A DNA stretch of 52,270 bases from positions 1-52,270 of the forward strand of contig JAQGDQ010001249.1 of NCBI GenBank assembly GCA_030141605.1. Reading direction: 5' to 3'. This DNA comes from Tubiluchus corallicola. Taxonomy: Eukaryota > Animalia > Priapulida. Positions 1 to 8,578 of this stretch are shown here, one piece after another (the first letter of the stretch is position 1; every line of letters begins with the position of its first letter). The notes below the pieces were generated by a model, which saw nothing but the letters and a program-made list of their open reading frames with translations, made no database searches and was not told the origin of the DNA. Made by a program: the position numbers and the translations under genes.

Positions 1-236
1 AAGTGCTCACATTTTGGCTCAATCCTGTCTTTTGATAATTTCACATATTTTATAGGGTAGCCCTCTATAAATCCTTTGCGTTTTCTTGTAACTTGTACGT
101 CTACTGCATCTTTTGGCACAGTATTTCTTACAAATATTACTTTGCCATCTATTTTCCCAATAGCTTTTCCTTCTGCTGCAAAATTTTCAATGCTTATATT
201 TTCCAGTATAGGTAATTTCTTCTTTCTTCTTCCCAA
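1..236 (-). CDS. rlmD: 23S rRNA (uracil-C5)-methyltransferase RlmD, N-terminal part (runs off window)
   Basis: Hand-translated from TTG at 236: MGRRKKKLPILENISIENFAAEGKAIGKIDGKVIFVRNTVPKDAVDVQVTRKRKGFIEGYP...RIEPKCEH. This is a TRAM domain followed by the first Fe-S Cys, typical of Bacteroidota RlmD. Not in the ORF track. Confidence 0.85.
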   Translation of the reverse strand, partial: MGRRKKKLPILENISIENFAAEGKAIGKIDGKVIFVRNTVPKDAVDVQVTRKRKGFIEGYPIKYVKLSKDRIEPKCEH

Positions 237-377
237 AATTAAATAGTGCTAAATTTTAAAATTTTTCATATTGTAAAGCTATAATGTCTTGGCTTTATAG
301 TATGAAGCGACATTTTGCTTTATGCAAAAAATATTATCTTTGCGTTTCAAAAATATATAAATTTTTAGACTGTTGAT

Positions 378-1607
378 ATGAAAAAAAGAGTTATTACTCT
401 GTTATTGCTTTTATTCTTTTGTACTCTGCAGGCACAGGAAGATACTACTTTTACTATTTTTCAACCTATCAAGATAAATATAAATCAAGAGGGTACACAG
501 TATATGAGGTTTATATTTTGGAATCAAATATCAGCCAATAGTTCTAAATTTGGAGAGCCTTTTGATGTAGATTTCTCTGTTAAAAGATCTAGGTTGCTTA
601 GTTATTTCAATGCAGAAGACAAATTTTTATTGGTTTATCATATAGGTTTAAACGGTCTCGATATATCTAATATGGATGGAGGGGGAGGAGGAGAAGGAGG
701 TAGAATACGACTACACGATGCCTGGGGCGAGTTCACAATATTTAAAAACTACTTGTATGCAGGAGTAGGCTTGCACTATTGGAATGGCTTATCGCGATTA
801 TCATCTACATCTACTATATCCTTACTTACTTTAGACCCGCCCAACCACAACTTTCATTCGCTTGGCTTGACCGACCAAATAGCACGGCATCTTGGTATAT
901 ATGTCAAAGGAAGTGTCAATAAATTTTATTATCGTTTGGCACTCAACAGTGCAATGGAAAATAGTGAAGATGCAGGTAAACCACTCTCTCAAAATCTAAG
1001 CTATCAAACTTCTTATCTATACGATAAAAAGGGTAAAAGGCTATATGCTGGGTATTTTGAGTATCAAATATTTGACCAAGAAAGCAATATGCTACCTTAC
1101 AGAAGAGGCAGTTACTTAGGAGAAAAAAGAATATTCAACATTGGAGCAGGTTTTTTTCATCATCCTGATGGTACAGTAAAACTTGATAGCCATAATGATA
1201 CTATCACCAGAGATGTATCGCATTTTGCCGTAGATTTGTTCTACGAGAACTCCTTAGGAAAAGGAACTATTACAAGTCTGATTGCTTATTACAATTTCAA
1301 CTATGGAGGAGAATTTATGGCAAGTAGAGAGCAAGGCACTGGTTCTGTCTTGTTTGGTCAAATGGGCTATTTACTTCCACGGTTTAGCTCCACATTTAGG
1401 CTACAACCTTACATAACTGGCAACCTTAAAACATATAAAGGCTATGATGAAAATGGGTATGAACTAAATGTAGGAGCTAATATATTGTTTGCAAAACACC
1501 AAGCCAAATTTATTGTAGAATACTATCTCCATCAAGCACCTTATATAGAAAGTGACCCTATAACCAGTAACCAAAAGATAAAAACACAAATACAAATATC
1601 TTTTTAA
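378..1607 (+). CDS. Putative outer-membrane beta-barrel/porin-like protein
   Basis: Sec signal peptide (..TLQA/QE), alternating aromatic beta-strands, C-terminal Phe (QIQISF). -7 box TATCTTTG at 335-342. Confidence 0.65.
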   Translation: MKKRVITLLLLLFFCTLQAQEDTTFTIFQPIKININQEGTQYMRFIFWNQISANSSKFGEPFDVDFSVKRSRLLSYFNAEDKFLLVYHIGLNGLDISNMDGGGGGEGGRIRLHDAWGEFTIFKNYLYAGVGLHYWNGLSRLSSTSTISLLTLDPPNHNFHSLGLTDQIARHLGIYVKGSVNKFYYRLALNSAMENSEDAGKPLSQNLSYQTSYLYDKKGKRLYAGYFEYQIFDQESNMLPYRRGSYLGEKRIFNIGAGFFHHPDGTVKLDSHNDTITRDVSHFAVDLFYENSLGKGTITSLIAYYNFNYGGEFMASREQGTGSVLFGQMGYLLPRFSSTFRLQPYITGNLKTYKGYDENGYELNVGANILFAKHQAKFIVEYYLHQAPYIESDPITSNQKIKTQIQISF

Positions 1608-1644
1608 CCTTTGTTGATCACCTCTTTTTTGCTAATTATAGCTT

Positions 1645-1738
1645 TTGTATTGGCAGGATAATTGAAGATGCAAGGAGTAAAAGAAGAGTATTGCTGAGAA
1701 TATCTAAAACTGTGCAGCACATAAGAGTACATTTTTTT
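1645..1738 (+). pseudogene. Relic 3' end and degenerate 3' UTR/terminator of an additional GLUG-lipoprotein paralog
   Basis: TTG TAT TGG CAG GAT AAT TGA = LYWQDN* (compare ILYWADN*, ILHWTDN*). It is followed by AGATGCAAGGAGTAAAAGAAGAGTATTGCTGAGAATATCTAAAAC, the motif found after all four array genes. Confidence 0.7.
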
Positions 1739-1807
1739 ACACAAAGTTGCATATTCGAATTTTTTTTCTTAGATTTGCATTATATAATTAACATAAAACA
1801 TAAATTA

Positions 1808-4359
1808 ATGAAAAAAGTATTAAACCCTATCACAATAGTATTGTTATTATTTGTTTTTGTGTTGGGATGTAAAGACAAAGATAATGAAGCTCCTATCTCT
1901 GGTGGAAAAGAAATAGAGAGTTTTGCTTTTGAGGCAGACAATAATGATGGATTGGACACAGGTGTGGTAGGACAAATTTCAGGAACTGATATTGAATTAA
2001 CAGTCCCCTATGGCACAGATGTAACAGAATTGACCCCTACCATAGTAGTATCAGATAAAGCTAGTGTAAATCCCAAGAGTGGAGAGGCCAAAGATTTCAC
2101 AAGTCTAGTACCCTACACGGTAACAGCTGAAGATGGTAGCACACAGGATTATGGTGTAACTGTAACAGTAGCACCACCAAGTATAGATAGCTTTGTTTTT
2201 AAGGCAATAAATAATGAAGGATTGGAAGAAGATAAGGAAGGAGTAATTTTAGATGACACTATTACCGTAAACTTTCCCTATGGCACAAATGTAACAGGAT
2301 TGACCCCTACCATAGTAATATCAGATAACGCCAGTGTAAGTCCTGAGAGTGGAGTGGGGCAAGATTTCACAAGTCCACGACTCTACACGGTAAAAGCTGA
2401 AGATGGTAGCAACAGTGAGCACAATTATATTGTAACTGTAACAGTAGCAGCTCTAAGTGATGAAAAAGAAATAGAGAGCTTTGTTTTGAGGCAGGTAAAA
2501 ATGTCGGAGTATTAATGAAAATGTGACTGGAGAGATTTTAGATGACACTATTACGTTAACAGTCCCCTATGACACAGATGTAACAGGATTGACCCCCTAC
2601 CATAGTAATATCAGATAACGCCAGTGTAAGTCCTGAGAGTGGAGTGGAGAAAGATTTCACAAGTCCAGTACCCTACACGGTAACAGCTGATGATGGTAGC
2701 ACACAGACTTATATTGTAACTGTAACAGTAGCACCAGCAAGTGATAAAAAAGAAATAGAGAGCTTTGATTTTCTGAAAAACAATAATGATGGATTGGACG
2801 CAGATGTGGTAGGACAAATTTCAGGAACTGATATTGAATTAACAGTCCCCTATGACACAGATGTAACAGAATTGACCCCTACCATAGTAATATCAGATAA
2901 AGCCAGTGTAAGTCCTGGCAGTGGAGTGGAGAAAGATTTCACAAGTTCAGTACCCTACACGGTAACAGCTGAAGATCTCAGTACGGAGATTTATGATGTA
3001 ACTGTAACAGTAGCAGCACCCTCTTTCAATGCCGTAAGCTATTACAATGGAGATAACCGTATAGGAGCAGGTGATTTTGAGAATGTAGATAGTTTGTTTG
3101 TGTTGAGCAATTTGCAAGATGGAGAATATACTTATTCGCTGAAAATAGGAGGGAACGATGCTGGAACAGCACAAACAGTAGAAGTAACAAACAATATAGG
3201 CAAAATAGAAAATCCTTTATCTGTAGACGACTGGAATTCTATAGGTGATGGCACTATTAGCATTGAATTAACCATAGGCAGTGATGATGATGTGTTTAAT
3301 TATAGCATTACCAAAGAGCAGTATAACATAAGGAGTTGGCAGGATTTACAGGGTATGCAATATGATTTAACTGGTGATTATACTTTGATGAATGACATAT
3401 CCCTACCCTCCACAGGTTTAAGTTTCCCAGGGTGGGTTCCTGAAGAAGGTTTTAATCCTGTAGGTACTTGGGATAATAATGGATTTACAGGCTCATTTAA
3501 AGGACAGAATAAAGTAATAAAAAATTTCTTTATAAATAGAGAGGATGATAATACGGATTATGTAGGTCTGTTTGGTTATGCCAACGGTGCAATCATTGAG
3601 GATGTAGGTATAGAAATAAGAGATTATGATCCTGCTGGTGTGACTGGAAGAAATAATGTCGGTGGCCTGGTGGGGCGTATTGATAATGGTGATATTACCA
3701 ACAGTTATGTTAATGGTAGTGTGAAGGGAGCAGTCAGTGTTGGCGGTCTGGTGGGATTGATTTCTAAAAGCAATATTACTATGAGTTACGCTAAGGGTAG
3801 TGTGGAGGGGACTGCAACTACTACCAATGTTGGTGGTCTGGTGGGGAATTCCACTGATGGTAACACTATTACCAATAGTTACGCTGAGAGTAATACGGCA
3901 GGACTAAAGAATGTTGGTGGCCTAGTGGGGGCACTCCTTAGCACTTCTGCTATTGGAAACAGTTATGCTACGGGTAGTGTGACCACAACTAGTACAGGGA
4001 CTTTTTCTGGTGGCCTGGTGGGGTATGTCGAAATTAGCACTATTACTAACAGTTATGCTACGGGTAGTGTATTATCAGTCAATGGCTCTGGTTTGGTGGG
4101 GGGGAGTGATCCGGTATCAGGTGTTACTGGAAGCTACTGGGATATAGCCAGCACAGGGAAAACTAGCTCTAAAGGTGATGAAACAGGCGTTTCCTCAGGA
4201 GGTAATTTGAATGAGGAAGGAGGTAAATATATAGATAAAGGAGTTGATGGTACTGGCACTACAGAGGTTTTCGTTAACTGGCAATTTGGCACAGATGAAA
4301 GTAAGCCTTGGAAGTGGTTGGGCAATGGCAAGTGGCCTATTTTGCATTGGGTGGATTAA
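1808..4359 (+). CDS. Surface lipoprotein, paralog 1: four DUF5018-like stalk repeats plus GLUG-motif domain; frameshifted in this sequence
   Basis: ATG 1808 MKKVLNPITIVLLLFVFVLG-C lipobox. ORFs 1691..2515 and 2644..4359 join into one ~850-aa gene if three homopolymer indels are corrected (missing T ~2485, missing A ~2514, extra C ~2595). GGLVG...SYATGSV repeats. -7 box TAGATTTG at 1770-1777. Confidence 0.8.
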
Positions 4360-4407
4360 TTAAAGATGCAAGGAGCAAAAGAAATAGGAGTATTGCAAAG
4401 AATATCT

Positions 4408-4442
4408 AAAACCGTACTGCAAAAAGGTAGTACGGTTTTTTT
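4408..4442 (+). terminator. Rho-independent terminator
   Basis: AAAACCGTACTGC-loop-GTAGTACGGTTTTTTT. Confidence 0.85.
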
Positions 4443-4511
4443 ATGTCTTTTTTCTTATATTTGTAATATTGATAATTAATGAATTTAAGTTAAACTTATA
4501 GCATAACTAAT

Positions 4512-6596
4512 ATGACAAAAGTTTTGAAGCCTATTACAATAGTATTGTTGTTCTTTGTTTTTGTATTGGGATGTAAAAAGGATGAGACTTCTCCCTCTAA
4601 TGAAAAAAGAATCACGAGTTTTGTTTTTGAGGCAAAGAATAATGAGGGAGTATTAAGTGCAGATGTGGAGGGAGATATTTCAGGGACTGCTATTACAGTA
4701 ACAGTTCCCTATGGCATAGATCCAAGTTTAATAAGTTCGTTCACCCCTAGTATAGAAGTATCAGAGCAAGCTAGTGTAAGTCCCGAAAGTGGAAAGCCAC
4801 AAAATTTCACAAGTCCAGTAACCTACACGGTAACAGCAGTAGATGGTGGCACACAGGACTATATTGTAACTGTAATATCAGCACCCTCTTTCAATGCTTT
4901 GAGTTATTATAAAGGAGAAAATCGTATAGGAGCAGGCGATTTTGAGAAGACGGATTTGTTTGAGATAAGTAATATAACGATAGATGATGATTATGTTTAT
5001 TCGTTGAAGATATCAGGCAAAGAAGCAGGGAGTGGTAGATTAACAGTAAAAGATGGTAAAGCTATAATAAACAATAACCTTAAAGATGATTGGAATTCTA
5101 TAAATGATGGCACTATTAGCATTGAATTAACCATATCAGGGGATGTATTTAGCTATAGCACTACCAAAGAGCAGTATAATATAAGAAGTTGGCAGGATTT
5201 ACAGGGAATGCAATATAATTTAGAAGGTGATTATATTTTGATGAATGACATATCCCTCCCTGCTCCTTCCACAACGGGTGGAGTTTTCCCGAAGGAGCTT
5301 CCTGCAGCAGGTTTTGATCCTGTGGGTGATGGTAATAATACATTTACAGGCTCATTTGAAGGACAGGATAATGTAATCAAAAATTTCTTTATAGATAGAG
5401 AAAATAAGGATTATGTAGGTCTGTTTGGTTATGCTGAGGATGTAACCATTGGGAATGTAGGTATAGAAGTATCAGCAAACGGAGTGAAGGGAAACGACCA
5501 TGTAGGTGGTTTGGTGGGGTCTGTCCATAGAAGTGTTATTAGTGCGAGTTATGCTACGGGTGGTGATGTGACGGGGAATAACCGTGTAGGTGGTCTGGTG
5601 GGGGATAGTTATAGTGGCACTACTATTAGCACGAGTTCCGCTACGTGTAGTGTAGTGGGAACTGAAAATAGTGTTGGTGGTATGGTGGGACGTATTGAAA
5701 AAAGTACTATTGCTGAGAGTTCCGCTACGGGCAGTGTGACGGGGAATTGGTATATTGGTGGCCTGGTGGGGCATATCTATAAAAGCACTATTCGTTCAAG
5801 TCATGCTACGGGTAGTGTTACGGGAAACGGGCGTGTAGGCGGTCTAGTGGGGGATGACTATAGTCACTCTACTATTACTGAGAGTTACGCTACGGGTAAT
5901 GTGGAGGGAATTGGAGATTATGTAGGTGGTTTGGTGGGGCGTGCCGAAAGAATTGATATTACCAAAAGTTATGCTACGGGTAGTGTGACGGGAACTGGAA
6001 TTAATGCTGGCGGCTTGGTGGGTGATATCTTTCAAAGTACTATTACCAAGAGTTATGCTACGGGTAGTGTGACGGGAGGTAGTACTCTTAGTGGTCTGGT
6101 GGGGCGTAGCATTGAGAACACTATTACTGAGAGTTACGCTACGGGTAGTGTTACGGGAGACGGGCGTATTGCAGGTTTGGTGGGGTATAGCAAAGAGGGT
6201 ACTATTACCAACAGTTACGCTACAGGTAGTGTGGAGGGCAACAACCGTGTCGGTGGCCTAGTGGCGGCTAGCTATAGAAGTACTATTACCAACAGCTACG
6301 CTACAGGGCTTATAAAGGCAGGAGACGACCGTGTCGGCGGTCTGCTGGGGGTTGCCAATGGCGACGAAATTACCAACAGCTACTGGGACGTGGCTAGCAC
6401 AGGAAAAAACAGCTCTGCTGGTGGGACGGGTGTTTCCTCAGGAGCTAATTTGAAGAAGGAAGGGAATGAATATATAGATACAGGTAATAGCAATAATCCC
6501 GTTTTCGTTGACTGGAAGTTTGGTACAGATGATAGTAGTCCCTGGAAGTGGTTGGGCAATGGTAAATGGCCTATTTTGCATTGGACGGATAATTAA
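4512..6596 (+). CDS. Surface lipoprotein, paralog 2: one DUF5018-like repeat plus GLUG domain (~11 GGLVG repeats)
   Basis: Lipobox VLG-C followed by KKDE; IRSWQDLQGM..Y.L.NDI cap; GLUG repeats; W.WLG.GKWPIL.W end. -7 box TATATTTG at 4456-4463. Confidence 0.85.
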   Translation: MTKVLKPITIVLLFFVFVLGCKKDETSPSNEKRITSFVFEAKNNEGVLSADVEGDISGTAITVTVPYGIDPSLISSFTPSIEVSEQASVSPESGKPQNFTSPVTYTVTAVDGGTQDYIVTVISAPSFNALSYYKGENRIGAGDFEKTDLFEISNITIDDDYVYSLKISGKEAGSGRLTVKDGKAIINNNLKDDWNSINDGTISIELTISGDVFSYSTTKEQYNIRSWQDLQGMQYNLEGDYILMNDISLPAPSTTGGVFPKELPAAGFDPVGDGNNTFTGSFEGQDNVIKNFFIDRENKDYVGLFGYAEDVTIGNVGIEVSANGVKGNDHVGGLVGSVHRSVISASYATGGDVTGNNRVGGLVGDSYSGTTISTSSATCSVVGTENSVGGMVGRIEKSTIAESSATGSVTGNWYIGGLVGHIYKSTIRSSHATGSVTGNGRVGGLVGDDYSHSTITESYATGNVEGIGDYVGGLVGRAERIDITKSYATGSVTGTGINAGGLVGDIFQSTITKSYATGSVTGGSTLSGLVGRSIENTITESYATGSVTGDGRIAGLVGYSKEGTITNSYATGSVEGNNRVGGLVAASYRSTITNSYATGLIKAGDDRVGGLLGVANGDEITNSYWDVASTGKNSSAGGTGVSSGANLKKEGNEYIDTGNSNNPVFVDWKFGTDDSSPWKWLGNGKWPILHWTDN

Positions 6597-6641
6597 AGAT
6601 ACAAGGGGCAAAAGAAATAATAGGTATTGCTAAGAATATCT

Positions 6642-6674
6642 AAAACCGTGTTGCAAAAAGTAGCACGGTTTTTT
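6642..6674 (+). terminator. Rho-independent terminator
   Basis: AAAACCGTGTTGC-loop-GTAGCACGGTTTTTT. Confidence 0.85.
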
Positions 6675-6928
6675 ATTTTTTTAGTTCTGGATATGGTTTT
6701 TCTCTTTTTATTTCTTATATTTGTATTTAGATAAGGTAACTATATATACAATTTGCACTTATATTAAAATACAAAATTATCTCTTATCCTAATTACTTAA
6801 TTTGATCCTAATTACTTAATTTGTACTACATAAAGAAACAACAACTGAAGCACAATTAGTTGTGTGAAAGACAACAAAAAATGAAGTATAAATCAGATAT
6901 AATTAAACTATAACATAAATAAAGTATT

Positions 6929-8410
6929 ATGAAGGCAGTATTAAACCCCATTGCAATAGCATTGCTATCTTTTATTTTTGTATTAGGTTGTAAAGACAAG
7001 GATGACGAAGCTCCAGCATCTTCTTTCAATGCCTTGAGTTATTATGAGGAAGAAAATCGCATAGGAGCAGGAGATTTTGAGAAGCCGGATTTGTTTGAGA
7101 TAAACGAAATAGTAGTAGATGGTGATTATTCTTATTCATTGAAGGTAGCAGACAAAGAAGCAGGAAATGGCACATTAACAGTAACAGGGGGTAAAGCCAC
7201 AATAGGTAGCGAGCTTCCTATTGAAGATTGGAATTCTATAGATGATGGTACTATTGCTATTGAATTAACCATAGCAGGTGATGTATTTAACTATAATACT
7301 ACCAAAGAGCAGTATAAGATAAAGAGTTGGCAGGATTTACAGGGGATGAAGTATGATTTAGAAGGCGATTATATCTTGGAGAATGACATATCTCTACCTG
7401 ATCCTTCCATAACGGACGGAGATTTCCCAGAGGAGCTTCCTGCAGAAGGTTTCGACCCTGTGGGTGATTTTAATGATAGATTTACAGGCTCATTTGATGG
7501 AGGTAATTACGTAATAAGCAATTTCTTTATAAATAGGGACAAGGCTTATGTAGGTTTGTTTGGTTGTTCTAATGGTGCAACTATAAAGAATGTGGGTATA
7601 GAAACATCAGCAGGCGGTGTGATGGGTAAGTTTCATGTCGGCGGCTTGGTGGGGTGGGACGATTGGGGCACTATTACCAACAGTTATGTTGCTGGTAGTG
7701 TAACAGGAGATACATTCAATATTGGTGGCCTGGTGGGGTATATTCGAAATGGCACTATTACCAACAGTTATGCTACGAGTAGTGTGACGAGCATGAAGAA
7801 TGGTGAAAATGTTGGAGGCTTGGTGGGAAGTGGCAACACTGAAGTCGCTATTACCAACAGCTATGCTACGGGTAGTGTGACGGGGGGAGACAAAGCTGGG
7901 GGCTTGGTAGGGTATGGCGCTGTAGTCGCTATTGCCAACAGCTATGCTACGGGTAGTGTGGAGGGAAACCAGTATGTTGGCGGCCTGGTAGGGTATGGCG
8001 CTGTAGTCGCTATTGCCAACAGCTATGCTACGGGTAGTGTGACGGGGGGTAACGATGTTGGCGGCCTGGTGGGTCTTAGCAATGGCACTATTACTGCGAG
8101 TTATGCTACTGGGAATGTGACGGGAGCTAATGCTGGTGGCCTGGTGGGGAATAATAACTATACCATTATTGCCAACAGCTATTGGGATAAGGCCAGTACA
8201 GAACAAGATGATTCTGATGGTGATGGTGGGACGGGTGTTTCCTCAGGAGCTAACTTGAAGCAAGAAGGAGATAAGTATATAGATAAAGAAGAAGATGGCA
8301 CTGGCACCGACGAGGTTTTTGTTGACTGGAAGTTTGGTACAGATGATGATAATCCCTGGAAGTGGCTGGGAGAAGGTAAATGGCCTATTCTGTATTGGGC
8401 AGATAATTAA
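6929..8410 (+). CDS. Surface lipoprotein, paralog 3: no stalk repeat, GLUG domain (~7 GGLVG repeats)
   Basis: Lipobox VLG-C followed by KDKDDE; same linker, cap and C-terminus as the other paralogs; exact internal duplication at 7905-7960 and 7986-8041. Confidence 0.85.
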   Translation: MKAVLNPIAIALLSFIFVLGCKDKDDEAPASSFNALSYYEEENRIGAGDFEKPDLFEINEIVVDGDYSYSLKVADKEAGNGTLTVTGGKATIGSELPIEDWNSIDDGTIAIELTIAGDVFNYNTTKEQYKIKSWQDLQGMKYDLEGDYILENDISLPDPSITDGDFPEELPAEGFDPVGDFNDRFTGSFDGGNYVISNFFINRDKAYVGLFGCSNGATIKNVGIETSAGGVMGKFHVGGLVGWDDWGTITNSYVAGSVTGDTFNIGGLVGYIRNGTITNSYATSSVTSMKNGENVGGLVGSGNTEVAITNSYATGSVTGGDKAGGLVGYGAVVAIANSYATGSVEGNQYVGGLVGYGAVVAIANSYATGSVTGGNDVGGLVGLSNGTITASYATGNVTGANAGGLVGNNNYTIIANSYWDKASTEQDDSDGDGGTGVSSGANLKQEGDKYIDKEEDGTGTDEVFVDWKFGTDDDNPWKWLGEGKWPILYWADN

Positions 8411-8455
8411 AGATACAAGGAGCAAAAGAAACAATAAGTATTGCTAAAAATATCT

Positions 8456-8489
8456 AAAACCGTGCTGCAAAAGTAGTACGGTTTTTTTT
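8456..8489 (+). terminator. Rho-independent terminator
   Basis: AAAACCGTGCTGC-loop-GTAGTACGGTTTTTTTT. Confidence 0.85.
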
Positions 8490-8578
8490 ATGTCTTTTCA
8501 CATAAACTGCATATTTGCTTTTTTTTTTTAAATTTGTATTAGATAATTTAATGAGTTAAATTAAATGTGAATAGTAGT

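Noticed and set aside
6786-6823. 19-bp direct repeat upstream of paralog 3 as an operator
   Set aside because: An exact adjacent duplication absent from the other paralog promoters; most simply a slippage event.
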